From: a virus
Taxonomy: Duplodnaviria; Heunggongvirae; Uroviricota; Caudoviricetes
Virus record (IMG/VR): IMGVR_UViG_3300031857_016701
Span: 1-64,000 of that record
Direction: 5' to 3' (one strand)
DNA: 64,000 nucleotides
The stretch's first letter is position 1, and each line of letters begins with the position of its first letter. Below the pieces are notes generated by a model. That model was not told where the DNA came from and ran no database searches. It saw only the letters and a program-made list of their open reading frames with translations. This document shows, one piece after another, positions 1-9,133 of this stretch. A program made the translations under genes and the position numbers.

Positions 1-1
1 T

Positions 2-805
2 CAGTGGGGTAGTCAGAAGGGAGTCAATGACTTTCCTCTTGTGACTGGTGGTGTCTTCTATAATCCTCTTACAGAAGATATCTATAAGTTCCCCACATTT
101 ATGCAAAATGCTGTGTGGGATAGGGCATCTGGTTCAAAGGAAAGTCCCGGCGATGATAGTGTTACATTCAATAGTATTGAGGGTGCAGTAGTTAATGCAG
201 ATATCGCACTTGCTTATACATTTGTGGCAGATAAGGTTCCACAAATCTTTGTTGAGTTCCGACAAGATCCAGACGTTATTACCCACGGATTTATGCGGAA
301 TGAAATCAATAACGCATTCAACCGAGTGGCTAGTACAATGAAGGCTAGTGATATCTTTGGTGAACGTAAGCAGTACCTTCTTGACAATGTAAAGAGTAAT
401 CTCAATACCCATCTTGGCCCCAAGGGATTCAAGTTTGAATTGATTAGTTTCCACGGTGGTCTTCGTGTAGACCAAAGTGTTCAAGCTCGTATCAATGCAG
501 TTCTTGAAGCATCACAACGTGCTATTGAAGCCGAGACTAAGGTCAAGCAGTCAAAGGCAGAGGCGGATCAAGTGATTGAAAAGGCTCGTGGTGAGAAGGA
601 AAGTAATATTGCTAAGGCAGAAGGTGAAGCAAAGAGTATTGCTCTAAAGGCAGAGGCTCAAGCAAAAGCTAACCTTGTGTTGGCACAGTCACTAACTCCG
701 TCACTAGTTCAGTATGAAGCTCTTCAGAGGTGGGATGGTAAGTTGCCGGTGTATAATGGTGGAGGTGTTGTTCCCTTCATTAATGTTGGAAATACCAACC
801 GATAA
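2..805 (+). CDS. SPFH/band-7 (stomatin/prohibitin-like) protein. The frame is open to the 5' window edge, so the gene is likely truncated at its 5' end. The first in-window start is GTG at 41.
   Basis: SPFH-like core followed by an Ala/Glu/Lys-rich coiled-coil tail (AEADQVIEKARGEKESNIAKAEGEAKSIALKAEAQAKA). No stop codon in frame between position 2 and 41. Confidence 0.55.
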   Translation, partial: QWGSQKGVNDFPLVTGGVFYNPLTEDIYKFPTFMQNAVWDRASGSKESPGDDSVTFNSIEGAVVNADIALAYTFVADKVPQIFVEFRQDPDVITHGFMRNEINNAFNRVASTMKASDIFGERKQYLLDNVKSNLNTHLGPKGFKFELISFHGGLRVDQSVQARINAVLEASQRAIEAETKVKQSKAEADQVIEKARGEKESNIAKAEGEAKSIALKAEAQAKANLVLAQSLTPSLVQYEALQRWDGKLPVYNGGGVVPFINVGNTNR

Positions 806-823
806 AAGGACAAATTAGTGGAG

Positions 824-856
824 AAACCCGACAGAGAAATCTGTCGGGTTTTTTGT
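824..856 (+). terminator. rho-independent terminator
   Basis: AAACCCGACAG-agaaat-CTGTCGGGTTT stem-loop followed by a T-run, directly after the stop of the band-7 gene. Confidence 0.7.
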
Positions 857-893
857 TGACTTTGTATAAACTCCGTGGTAACTTAGAGGAGTA

Positions 894-1211
894 ATGAATA
901 TCGTAGATTACATTGTACAGAACTGGGACACTCTTCCTAAGAGCAAGTTTGATGATGATGTCGTTGTCATTTTCAAGGAGATTGAGAATGAGAATTGGGG
1001 TTATGGTCATCACTCTTATGAGGGTGTTGGTGTAGACAAGGATGGTAACGTCACTTGGTGTTATAGCTCTGGTTGTAGCTGTAGTGGTGGACCTTCTACC
1101 GAGATTAAGAAGGATTTGAAGGTTTTTGTTGTTGATGGTGGTATTGATTTGGATGTAGATCCGTCTACTATCAATTTCAATTCACTTGATGTTGAGTTTG
1201 ACTCTTATTAA
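894..1211 (+). CDS. hypothetical protein (105 aa) with a CxxGCSCSGG Cys cluster
   Basis: ORF with an upstream GGAG-like RBS; tightly packed against the next gene. Confidence 0.35.
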   Translation: MNIVDYIVQNWDTLPKSKFDDDVVVIFKEIENENWGYGHHSYEGVGVDKDGNVTWCYSSGCSCSGGPSTEIKKDLKVFVVDGGIDLDVDPSTINFNSLDVEFDSY

Positions 1212-1227
1212 TTTAGAAAGGACAAAT

Positions 1228-2238
1228 ATGGAACGTAAATTGGCTAGTGTTGTAAAGATTGTTGACATTCAACCTATTGTTGGTGCTGATGCCATTGTTG
1301 TGGCTAATGTCAAGGGTTGGAAAGTTGTGGTAAAGAAGGATGAATATAAGGTGGGTGACTTGGCTGTTTATTATGAAATTGACAGCTTCTTACCTATCCG
1401 ACCTCAGTTTGAATTCTTGCGTAAGAGTAGTTTCAAGCGTATGGGAACCGCTGAAGGATTTCGTCTTAAGACCATCAAGTTGCGTGGACAATTGAGTCAA
1501 GGTCTATTGACTCCAATTCCAGATGGTATAATTGATCCAAAGGAGGGTGATGATTTGACAGAAGCTCTTGATATTGTCAAGTATGAACCTCCTATTCCTG
1601 CTCAATTGGCTGGAAAGATCAAGGGTACATTTCCTAGTTTTATTCCAAAGACAGATGAAACTCGTATTCAGAACTTTGAAAGTGACATTGGTTTTGTGCC
1701 TGTTGGAGAACGAGTGTATATCACTGAGAAGTTGGATGGTACTAGTTTCACCTGTTACTTCAACAATGGTGTATTTGGTGTTTGTGGACGTAATTGGGAA
1801 TTGAGTGAAACCAATGACAATAGTCTATGGCGTATGGCTAATATGCTTGAGTTGAAGGAGAAGTTGACTAAGTATGGCAAGAACATTGCGATTCAGGGAG
1901 AATTGATTGGTGCTGGTATCAATGGTAATTTGTATGGATTGAATGACCACAAGTTGTTTTTCTTTACTGGTTATGACATTGATAAGGGTCGCCGTATGTT
2001 CTATGATGAATTGGAGTGGTTGTTGTTTAGATTTGAAGTGCCTATGGTACCTGTACTTGAAAAGTATGGATATGTATTACCCACTGAAAACTTGGTGGAT
2101 AATATGTTGAAGTATGCTGAAGGTAAGAGTGTGTTGAATATGGGTGTTGATCGTGAAGGTGTAGTTGTTCGTGGTCTTGAAAGGGAGTTTAGTTTCAAGG
2201 CTATTAACAATACGTATCTTCTTGGAAGTAAGGAATAA
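1228..2238 (+). CDS. ATP-dependent RNA ligase (Rnl2-like nucleotidyltransferase)
   Basis: KxDG motif I (ITEKLDGTSF). EGVVVRG motif IV-like. Size about 337 aa. Start trimmed to MERKLAS with an AAAGGA RBS; the track ORF begins at 1186. Confidence 0.55.
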   Translation: MERKLASVVKIVDIQPIVGADAIVVANVKGWKVVVKKDEYKVGDLAVYYEIDSFLPIRPQFEFLRKSSFKRMGTAEGFRLKTIKLRGQLSQGLLTPIPDGIIDPKEGDDLTEALDIVKYEPPIPAQLAGKIKGTFPSFIPKTDETRIQNFESDIGFVPVGERVYITEKLDGTSFTCYFNNGVFGVCGRNWELSETNDNSLWRMANMLELKEKLTKYGKNIAIQGELIGAGINGNLYGLNDHKLFFFTGYDIDKGRRMFYDELEWLLFRFEVPMVPVLEKYGYVLPTENLVDNMLKYAEGKSVLNMGVDREGVVVRGLEREFSFKAINNTYLLGSKE

Positions 2239-2242
2239 CTAA

Positions 2243-2278
2243 AAGGGAGGTATGTAATAGTACCTCCCTTATTTTTAT
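2243..2278 (+). terminator. rho-independent terminator
   Basis: AAGGGAGGTA-tgtaatag-TACCTCCCTT followed by ATTTTTAT. Confidence 0.75.
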
Positions 2279-2507
2279 GAAATATAAGATTAAGACTAAT
2301 GGTATTGGTATGTGTATGAGTGTACGGTGTGATTTTTATCAGACTTGTGCGAATAATAGTGTTAACATGTATTATAAGACCAAACGAAAGTTTGAACCTA
2401 TACTTGAAGATAATGATTGTTTAAGTTTTGGTAGTGGGAAGAATACTGAAGTTTATCAAGACAATTGTTATCCCAAGGTTTTGAAGAAAATTTATAATTA
2501 TTCTTAA
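2277..2507 (+). CDS. hypothetical small Cys-containing protein (76 aa)
   Basis: ORF only. Confidence 0.25.
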   Translation: MKYKIKTNGIGMCMSVRCDFYQTCANNSVNMYYKTKRKFEPILEDNDCLSFGSGKNTEVYQDNCYPKVLKKIYNYS

Positions 2508-2513
2508 AACATA

Positions 2514-2912
2514 TTGATTTCAATGAATCGAAAGATTATCGGTCGCACCGTTGACATTGCGATGGCGTTGTGTCCGTTGAATTTGGAACATCGTTGTAGC
2601 CACATTGCTTTTTTAATTCGGTGTGGTAAAATTGTTCATATCGGCACCAACAGTTGTAAGAGTCATCCAGAGACTTTGAAATATGATTATAAAGATCATC
2701 AAAAGGTTGGAATTCATGCTGAATTGAGTGTTTGTATGAAGAGTGGCAAGGAAAATCTTAAGGATTATTCTATGGTTGTGTTGCGTGTTGACCGCAAGGG
2801 AAATCTGGCTAATAGTAAGCCGTGTTGTGGTTGTCAGAGCGTCATCAAACAGTTCAATATTGGAGAAGTTTGGTACAGTGACTCAAAGGGCGAAGTGGTG
2901 AAAAATTCTTGA
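2514..2912 (+). CDS. dCMP/cytidine deaminase (zinc-binding CDA fold)
   Basis: HAE...PCxxC zinc-ligand motifs (HAELSV ... PCCGCQSV). Size 132 aa. Confidence 0.6.
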   Translation: MISMNRKIIGRTVDIAMALCPLNLEHRCSHIAFLIRCGKIVHIGTNSCKSHPETLKYDYKDHQKVGIHAELSVCMKSGKENLKDYSMVVLRVDRKGNLANSKPCCGCQSVIKQFNIGEVWYSDSKGEVVKNS

Positions 2913-2936
2913 CTTTAACCGAAATTCTGATATTAT
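2909..2936 (+). promoter_or_regulatory. sigma70-like early promoter (TTGACT-16-TATTAT)
   Basis: -35 and -10 hexamers with a 16 nt spacer, 12 nt upstream of the DNA ligase ATG. Confidence 0.45.
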
Positions 2937-2947
2937 TTTTATAAGAT

Positions 2948-4045
2948 ATGAAACTACCTATGTTATTCGCTCGTACAAATACGGGTGCTGTCCAAACTTG
3001 GATCATTGAAGTTGAAGGAAACAAGTACCGTACTCATTACGGTCAAATTGACGGTGCAATTCAAATTACAGAATGGACTCTTTGTGCTGGTAAAAATACC
3101 GGTAAGAAGAATGCTACATCTGCTGAAGATCAAGCTGTAAAAGAAGCCAAATCCACTTGGAAAAAGAAGAAGGAAAGTGGTTATTTTGAAAATATCAATG
3201 ATATTGATGGTATTGGTTTTACTGAACCAATGCTTGCTAAGAGTTACGATGATTATAAGGATGAATTGAAGTATCCAGTTTATAGTCAACCCAAGTTGGA
3301 TGGTATTCGTTGTGTTGTAAAGAAGGATGGTATGTGGAGTCGTAATGGTAAACCTATTGTTTCTGCACCGCATGTATTGGTTGCATTGAAACCTTTCTTT
3401 GATAAGTTTCCCAATGCAATTCTTGATGGTGAACTGTATGCTGATAAGTTTGCCAATGATTTTAATGCTATTTGTAGTTTGGTAAAGAAGACCAAGCCTA
3501 CACCGGAAGATTTGACTGAGAGTGCAAAGAATATTCAATATTGGGTATATGACTGGATTGTACAGAAGACTTTTAGTGATCGTAATGCTGACATTACTAC
3601 TTATCTTGTTAATAACAATGTGGTTCGTCGTGTTCCGACTCACCTTGTGGACACGATTACACATTTGAATGAGTTGTATGAAAAGTACATTGACGAAGGT
3701 TACGAAGGTCAGATGGTTCGTACCGATGGGCCATATGAAAACAAGCGCAGTAAATACCTACTCAAGCGTAAAGAATTTCAAGATAGTGAATTCAAAATTC
3801 TTGATATTGTTGAAGGAATAGGCAACAAGAGTGGTATGGCTGGATATATGGTATTCAAGAATCATAAGGGAATTGAGTTCCATAGTAATATCAAAGGCAC
3901 TCGGGAATATCTAAAAGAACTCTTGAAGAATAAAAATAAACTTATTGGAAAGAGTGCTACGGTGAAATATTTTAATCTTACACCTGGTGATGAACTGCCC
4001 AGATTTCCGTATGTGACAAACATTGACCGTGAAAGTTATGAATAA
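2948..4045 (+). CDS. ATP-dependent DNA ligase (compact T7/T4-type)
   Basis: KxDG adenylation motif (KLDGIRC). Size 365 aa. OB-domain C-terminus. Confidence 0.75.
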   Translation: MKLPMLFARTNTGAVQTWIIEVEGNKYRTHYGQIDGAIQITEWTLCAGKNTGKKNATSAEDQAVKEAKSTWKKKKESGYFENINDIDGIGFTEPMLAKSYDDYKDELKYPVYSQPKLDGIRCVVKKDGMWSRNGKPIVSAPHVLVALKPFFDKFPNAILDGELYADKFANDFNAICSLVKKTKPTPEDLTESAKNIQYWVYDWIVQKTFSDRNADITTYLVNNNVVRRVPTHLVDTITHLNELYEKYIDEGYEGQMVRTDGPYENKRSKYLLKRKEFQDSEFKILDIVEGIGNKSGMAGYMVFKNHKGIEFHSNIKGTREYLKELLKNKNKLIGKSATVKYFNLTPGDELPRFPYVTNIDRESYE

Positions 4046-4226
4046 TAAAACTAAATCTGCTAAAATTGTATTGGAAATTGAATGGGAAGCTGTTGATGAT
4101 AGTGATCTACCAGCCCTATGGGATTGGAAACGCATCAAGATGCCTATGGATTTGACCAAGGTAAAGTATTTGGGTATTCATACATCAAATGGACCAGAGA
4201 ATGTAAGTAATTGGATGGGAAATTAA
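4023..4226 (+). CDS. hypothetical protein (67 aa)
   Basis: ORF overlapping the stop of the upstream gene. Translational-coupling layout. Confidence 0.3.
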   Translation: MTVKVMNNKTKSAKIVLEIEWEAVDDSDLPALWDWKRIKMPMDLTKVKYLGIHTSNGPENVSNWMGN

Positions 4227-4420
4227 ATTATATGACTATTGTAAAAACATCAGAAATTATTGAATGGGTTAAAAACGCAGTGGAAAAGAAGATGATTAAG
4301 GAACTAAATATACCTAATGCTAAGGTTTATCTTAGCTGTGATCGTCCAAATCCTGATGTAATTCTTGAAACCAAGAACGCTGATGGTGATCTGCAAATTG
4401 TAAGGTTTCTCATTATATGA
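4211..4420 (+). CDS. hypothetical protein (69 aa)
   Basis: ORF in a coupled array. Confidence 0.3.
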   Translation: MDGKLNYMTIVKTSEIIEWVKNAVEKKMIKELNIPNAKVYLSCDRPNPDVILETKNADGDLQIVRFLII

Positions 4421-4498
4421 ATGTTGATACACTATATTATGTATTGTGTTTTATTGGATTAATTTTAATAATCAGTGGATTTTTTATTTTAACAAAAG

Positions 4499-4696
4499 AT
4501 GACAACCAATAAGTTTTTTTTAACTCTAGCACGTACTATTGACCATCGTGTAGGTCATACAGATGAATGCAAGCCTGATGTGCCTGTATTGCCTGTAAGT
4601 TATGCTCTTGCTAGTTTTTTCTTGAGATTTATCATTGTTCTGGTAAACTTTATTACATGCGCTTTCATTATCGCAAACATTATTCATCACTGGTAA
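4499..4696 (+). CDS. hypothetical small membrane protein (65 aa)
   Basis: C-terminal hydrophobic helix (LASFFLRFIIVLVNFITCAFIIANII). Confidence 0.3.
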   Translation: MTTNKFFLTLARTIDHRVGHTDECKPDVPVLPVSYALASFFLRFIIVLVNFITCAFIIANIIHHW

Positions 4697-4700
4697 AATT

Positions 4701-4892
4701 ATGAGTGATCCAAAATATTATTTAAAAATTAATCTACCACCAAATTTCAATGATTTGGATGCGGAAGTTATTAAAAAAGATTTAATGACTTATATCAATA
4801 GCAGAAATCAATGGGGTGCTTTATATGGACCCAAATCTTCCAAGAAGGGTATTACCATTGATAAAGTAATTTACAGAACCAATGAAGACTAA
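4701..4892 (+). CDS. hypothetical protein (63 aa)
   Basis: ORF in an early small-gene array. Confidence 0.3.
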   Translation: MSDPKYYLKINLPPNFNDLDAEVIKKDLMTYINSRNQWGALYGPKSSKKGITIDKVIYRTNED

Positions 4893-5100
4893 CCAAGAAG
4901 TAATTAGTAGACTACGACAGTTCACAAGTTACAACTGCAATAATTTGCTTGATGCAAAACTGTGTGAAGACATTCGTTATCTGTGTGATGAAGTGGAACG
5001 ATTCAGTAAAGAAATCGTTAAAGCTAACAATCATATGGATGAAGATCACATTACAATTCAACGTTATAAAAACAAACTAAGTAAGTATGAATCGTTTTAA
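4882..5100 (+). CDS. hypothetical protein (72 aa)
   Basis: ORF. Start overlaps the upstream stop. Confidence 0.3.
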   Translation: MKTNQEVISRLRQFTSYNCNNLLDAKLCEDIRYLCDEVERFSKEIVKANNHMDEDHITIQRYKNKLSKYESF

Positions 5101-5311
5101 TAAAATTATAGTGGGGGGGCTAACAGCAATTCTATTGACTGCTATGACAGTAGAACCACCAAAACTTAAGGTATACCTCATTATGTCATATAGAGGAAAC
5201 GATCTGGCAATTGAGAAGGTATATCTCAAAAAAGAAAATGCTCAGAAATATTGTGATATGTACAAAGAAAGTCATAATTATTCAGTAGAAGAACGTGAGC
5301 TAACAGAATGA
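5087..5311 (+). CDS. hypothetical protein with an N-terminal TM helix (74 aa)
   Basis: IIVGGLTAILLTAMTV hydrophobic segment. Confidence 0.3.
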   Translation: MNRFNKIIVGGLTAILLTAMTVEPPKLKVYLIMSYRGNDLAIEKVYLKKENAQKYCDMYKESHNYSVEERELTE

Positions 5312-5553
5312 AGAATTTATTGATTATTGCATTGTTGTCTACTGGTTGTACTAGTGGAATGTATCTAAGATATAGTTATAATAGAGCATTAGAAAATCTA
5401 CCACCCTGTAGTAGAGTACATGCAATTAACAACGACTATATTACTTATAGTATGATTGAAAATTCAACAAACAGTGTATATACTGTGCATACCAATTATT
5501 ATAGAGCCTATTATAATTGTGACGGTAAAATTATTAACACTACTAAAAATTGA
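5308..5553 (+). CDS. hypothetical secreted protein or possible lipoprotein (81 aa)
   Basis: Signal-peptide-like N-terminus ending LLSTGC-TSG. The lipobox is imperfect. Confidence 0.3.
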   Translation: MKNLLIIALLSTGCTSGMYLRYSYNRALENLPPCSRVHAINNDYITYSMIENSTNSVYTVHTNYYRAYYNCDGKIINTTKN

Positions 5554-5762
5554 TGAAAGAACAAATTGATTCTATCATCAAAAAACATTGTTTGAAAATG
5601 CAAGAAGTAGATAAAACCAAAAGCATTCCAATGACAGTAAAAGATTTGGATCATATCGTATATGATATGTACAGAGAATTGTATGGATTGCGGGATATAC
5701 GTTCAAGTAACTATAATCTAAATAATTTTACTGCAGATGACAAGAAAGGACATTGTTGTTAA
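5550..5762 (+). CDS. hypothetical protein (70 aa)
   Basis: ORF. ATGA overlap with the upstream gene. Confidence 0.3.
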   Translation: MMKEQIDSIIKKHCLKMQEVDKTKSIPMTVKDLDHIVYDMYRELYGLRDIRSSNYNLNNFTADDKKGHCC

Positions 5763-6046
5763 TTATGAAAAAGAAACAAACTCCAGTGTGTCAGAAAGTG
5801 GAACTAGACAATTGTTTTAGTTGCAAAGTTGTTGCGGGTAAAATACACAAGAAAAAGTGTGACATTGAAAGATGTAGTGAATGTGGTGGACAAAAGTTAA
5901 GTTGTGAATGTGAAGGACATGATAAACAATTTAGCAGATGGACAGGATTCTGGCCTGGAGAGTTAGAATGTAAGTCATTGAATATGGATTTGAATACCTT
6001 TTATATGACTGGTATGCATAAGATATTCTTTGTTAAACCTTCCTAA
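5753..6046 (+). CDS. hypothetical Cys-rich (zinc-finger-like) protein (97 aa)
   Basis: Multiple CxxC pairs (CFSC, CSEC, CEC). Confidence 0.3.
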   Translation: MLLIMKKKQTPVCQKVELDNCFSCKVVAGKIHKKKCDIERCSECGGQKLSCECEGHDKQFSRWTGFWPGELECKSLNMDLNTFYMTGMHKIFFVKPS

Positions 6047-6464
6047 CTTTGTCGAAGAATTCAGAATTATAATTGGTGGTCATGTAAACTTTAATTTCTT
6101 TATCATTTAATTTAAAGAATTTCTTGGCTCTTTTATATAATTTTGTACCAATTCCTTGTCTACGGTACTTTCTTTTTATATAAACCATAAATTCAAACTT
6201 AAAATTTGTAGATCTAGATGATTTACGTTCTTTAATTACTGCCCATCCTATACAAACACCGTTATCTTTAACGATAAAAACTCTATTTTTTACTTTATGA
6301 CGGATGTCACAACATTCAACATACAATGTATAGATTGAACCGCTTGTAACAAGTTTGCTACAAGATTTTTCCTCCTCTAAATTGACTTTTAAAGCATCTT
6401 TAGAATAGATTCGGATCATAATTGACCGATTAATAAATATAAAAACAAAACTGTTGACATTCAA
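6033..6464 (-). CDS. GNAT family N-acetyltransferase
   Basis: Acetyl-CoA motif A RRQGIGTKLYKRA. Size 143 aa. Lone minus-strand gene in a plus-strand block. Confidence 0.55.
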   Translation of the reverse strand: MNVNSFVFIFINRSIMIRIYSKDALKVNLEEEKSCSKLVTSGSIYTLYVECCDIRHKVKNRVFIVKDNGVCIGWAVIKERKSSRSTNFKFEFMVYIKRKYRRQGIGTKLYKRAKKFFKLNDKEIKVYMTTNYNSEFFDKVRKV

Positions 6465-6481
6465 ACTAAATATTACTATAC
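6453..6481 (+). promoter_or_regulatory. sigma70-like promoter (TTGACA-17-TATACT)
   Basis: Near-consensus hexamers 19 nt upstream of the ATG at 6500. Confidence 0.5.
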
Positions 6482-6499
6482 TGTTAAAAATTAAATAAT

Positions 6500-6733
6500 A
6501 TGGAAAAAGAACTAACTATTAAAGACAAGGTAACCACCCCAATCATTATTCAACACGATGACTTGAAGTTTGATGGTAAAAACATCACTATTCCAAGATA
6601 TTACATTGATTCACTCTGTGAATATATTAAGGATTTTAAGACTGAAGGAGAATTACAAGCTGATATTGAAGACTATCAAGCATTTCGTAGTTTTCTATAT
6701 GATGTTCAAGAATACAAGAATGGAGGAAACTAA
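6500..6733 (+). CDS. hypothetical protein (77 aa)
   Basis: ORF downstream of a strong promoter-like site. Confidence 0.35.
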   Translation: MEKELTIKDKVTTPIIIQHDDLKFDGKNITIPRYYIDSLCEYIKDFKTEGELQADIEDYQAFRSFLYDVQEYKNGGN

Positions 6734-6736
6734 TTT

Positions 6737-7321
6737 ATGGGTATGTATGATGACATAGTATGTAAATACCCCCTTCCCTTACCAGAAGATACTAAGGGAT
6801 ATATTCCTAATGGATTTCAAACCAAAGATTTTGACAATGCTTTGGATCATTATGAAATCCGTGAAGATGGCACACTATGGTTGCATGAATGTGAGCGAGA
6901 ATATACTGAAGGCGATCCAAACGGTAAAACATTCTTTGAAAAGTATGGAATGGTAAAAGTAACCAAAGATTGGTGGACGCATGTAAAAACAACCAGTACC
7001 ATACTCATGTATCATTATAGCAATTATAATGATGGACCATATGACTATTGGGTTGAATTTGAAATTGTATTTATTGACGGAGTTATTGACAAAATTAAAC
7101 TAATTAAGTTTGATGCCACTGATAACTCTAAAAGAAAAGAAAACGATAGACAATTCATCGAAGAACTTAAAAAGAACAAAGAGTTTGAATCTACTAATCT
7201 TTATAAATTAGTTATCAAACCATATAATAAAATTATTAGGTTTATCTGTAGATTGTTGTATTCTACTGGTTCATTTTTGATTACTAATGTTTGGAAATTG
7301 GAACGTAAACTAATTGTATGA
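6737..7321 (+). CDS. hypothetical protein (194 aa)
   Basis: ORF. Confidence 0.35.
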   Translation: MGMYDDIVCKYPLPLPEDTKGYIPNGFQTKDFDNALDHYEIREDGTLWLHECEREYTEGDPNGKTFFEKYGMVKVTKDWWTHVKTTSTILMYHYSNYNDGPYDYWVEFEIVFIDGVIDKIKLIKFDATDNSKRKENDRQFIEELKKNKEFESTNLYKLVIKPYNKIIRFICRLLYSTGSFLITNVWKLERKLIV

Positions 7322-7572
7322 AAGATCAAGATTCAATATTTTTAATTTGTGATTGTTTTAGTCATGGCCTTCTCGTAGAGAAGTTCAAAGATGAAGAAGA
7401 AGTATCTTTGAGTTTATTTGAAAGAGGATTAAATGGTAGAGTTTTGGGATGGTCAGAAAGACTAAGATGGTGTTGGCAAATATTACGATATGGTAAACCT
7501 TGGTCTGACTTTATAATTCTAAATACAGAAAACCAAAAACAATTAAAGGAATTTCTAAATGAATGTAAATGA
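7318..7572 (+). CDS. hypothetical protein (84 aa)
   Basis: ORF. ATGA overlap. Confidence 0.3.
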   Translation: MKDQDSIFLICDCFSHGLLVEKFKDEEEVSLSLFERGLNGRVLGWSERLRWCWQILRYGKPWSDFIILNTENQKQLKEFLNECK

Positions 7573-7744
7573 ATTTGAACGCACTAAGCCTGTAGTTACG
7601 ATGCAGAAGATCAATGACTTAATTAAGTTGATTGAAGATGAACGTGTAAAAACAGAAATTTTGTACAAAGATCGTGTGCGTAGTCTTGATGATATTAGCA
7701 TTTTACTAAAAGATATGAAAGCTAGTTTCAAGAAAGGTGAATAA
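7559..7744 (+). CDS. hypothetical protein (61 aa)
   Basis: ORF. Confidence 0.25.
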   Translation: MNVNEFERTKPVVTMQKINDLIKLIEDERVKTEILYKDRVRSLDDISILLKDMKASFKKGE

Positions 7745-8010
7745 TGAAATTTAAGAATTTTGAAGGAGTTGAATATACAGTAAATTATAACAAACCACAT
7801 TATAGGTTAAGAGCTTCTGGTTTATGTGATAATCCTGACATTAAAAATCCACAAATTCATGTAGATCCAACATTAATGACTCGTAGACAACTAAATGTAT
7901 TGATTGAAGAAGTATTTCATGCTCATTTGTATGATTTACCAGAAAAGAAAGCACGTAAATTTGCAGCCAATTTAGGCAAATTGATTTACAATAGATTTTT
8001 AAAAAAGTGA
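7744..8010 (+). CDS. hypothetical protein (88 aa)
   Basis: ORF. Confidence 0.3.
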   Translation: MKFKNFEGVEYTVNYNKPHYRLRASGLCDNPDIKNPQIHVDPTLMTRRQLNVLIEEVFHAHLYDLPEKKARKFAANLGKLIYNRFLKK

Positions 8011-8162
8011 TGAGAATTATAGATTTGACAGTTGGACTAATCATAGGTAGTCTATTCGCAATAGCAATTTTATTAATACTTACAATTTTCTTTGTCGTAT
8101 TAATTCCTTTTCTATTTTATTTTACAGTAAGAGAAGTATTAAAACAATTAACAAAAAGATAA
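8010..8162 (+). CDS. small hydrophobic membrane protein (50 aa). Not in the supplied ORF track because it is under 60 aa.
   Basis: ATG overlaps the upstream TGA (tgATG). Translates to MRIIDLTVGLIIGSLFAIAILLILTIFFVVLIPFLFYFTVREVLKQLTKR. It exactly fills the gap before the next gene at 8164. Confidence 0.35.
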   Translation: MRIIDLTVGLIIGSLFAIAILLILTIFFVVLIPFLFYFTVREVLKQLTKR

Positions 8163-8163
8163 T

Positions 8164-8637
8164 ATGAACAAAATAAGTGAAAGCATCATAGTTACATACG
8201 CAAAAGCATTACGTAGAATTCAAACAGAACAAGTAGATCCATATATTGAACTAATTGAGAAAGAACTAATTAAACTTTATCCCGAATTGAAAGATCGTGA
8301 AGATAATGCTTTAAATTGGGCATATGATATTCTTAATGCGGATTCAACTTCAGAAGTAATTGAAACTCTTGACAGAATTAAACAAATTCTTGACGAAGAA
8401 CACAAAGAAAAGTGGGTGTGTTCTATTTGTCATGAAAGTACATACAATGTAGATAGTGATTATCTCGCAGGTACTAATCATTTGTCTTGTGTTCTTACAG
8501 AAGAAATTGAAAGTCTAAATAAAAAAGGATCATTTACAAATATCAAAAATGAACTTGAATCTTTGAAAAATTACACTAAACAACTTGAAGAACAAATTCA
8601 AAAATTAGAAGGCAATTACAATGAACCTACAAACTAA
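8164..8637 (+). CDS. hypothetical protein with a C-terminal coiled coil (157 aa)
   Basis: ORF. Contains a CSICHES...SCV Cys/His cluster. Confidence 0.35.
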   Translation: MNKISESIIVTYAKALRRIQTEQVDPYIELIEKELIKLYPELKDREDNALNWAYDILNADSTSEVIETLDRIKQILDEEHKEKWVCSICHESTYNVDSDYLAGTNHLSCVLTEEIESLNKKGSFTNIKNELESLKNYTKQLEEQIQKLEGNYNEPTN

Positions 8638-8827
8638 TATTCAAGTATCGAACATTGATGTTCACGCATATAAACTACGCAAAGTATTTGATGATTATGG
8701 TATTATAACATCATATCCTATCAATCGTGAACAATTTGTAAAAGATGTACTTAAAGTTGCAACTTCGGATAAAGTGTATGTCTTCAATGGAGAAGGTACC
8801 TGCGTCAACGTAGAAATTTCTCTTTAA
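8621..8827 (+). CDS. hypothetical protein (68 aa)
   Basis: ORF. Confidence 0.25.
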   Translation: MNLQTNIQVSNIDVHAYKLRKVFDDYGIITSYPINREQFVKDVLKVATSDKVYVFNGEGTCVNVEISL

Positions 8828-8869
8828 AAGGTTGACATTTAGAAAATTTTAGCGTAGTCTTGTCATCCA

Positions 8870-9121
8870 ATGATTACTTGTGGATGTGGAAATGAAATTC
8901 ATGCCGAAAGGTTTGAATTGGGTTACAAAATCTGTTTGAATTGCGGTGACAAGGCTGCGTTAAAGAACAAAAAATACGGTTATATGCACTTTGGTCATAA
9001 AACCGCCGGTAGTATCGTCGTCACTTCAAAACGAGCCGTAGAAAATTACCAAAAAGTATCCAAAAGAATGAATAAAGGTAGCAATATGGGTTATGCTAGC
9101 CGTTTGAGCACTTCATTCTAA
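8870..9121 (+). CDS. TraR/DksA-family C4 zinc-finger protein
   Basis: CGCGNEIHAERFELGYKICLNC matches the DksA/TraR CxxC-x17-CxxC finger. Confidence 0.5.
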   Translation: MITCGCGNEIHAERFELGYKICLNCGDKAALKNKKYGYMHFGHKTAGSIVVTSKRAVENYQKVSKRMNKGSNMGYASRLSTSF

Positions 9122-9133
9122 TATTTATACTAT

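Noticed and set aside
2963-3664. 233-aa minus-strand ORF antisense to the DNA ligase gene. Similar antisense or alternate-frame ORFs exist at 134-484, 3286-3495, 10445-10927, 11515-12042, 12059-12361, 13221-13678, 16905-17216, 29455-31293, 49537-49917, 50526-50960 and elsewhere.
   Set aside because: Each lies wholly inside a longer ORF with clear family-level motifs on the other strand or frame. Each has low-complexity, Ile/Leu/Ser/Thr-biased composition typical of AT-rich antisense reading frames and no recognisable domain.
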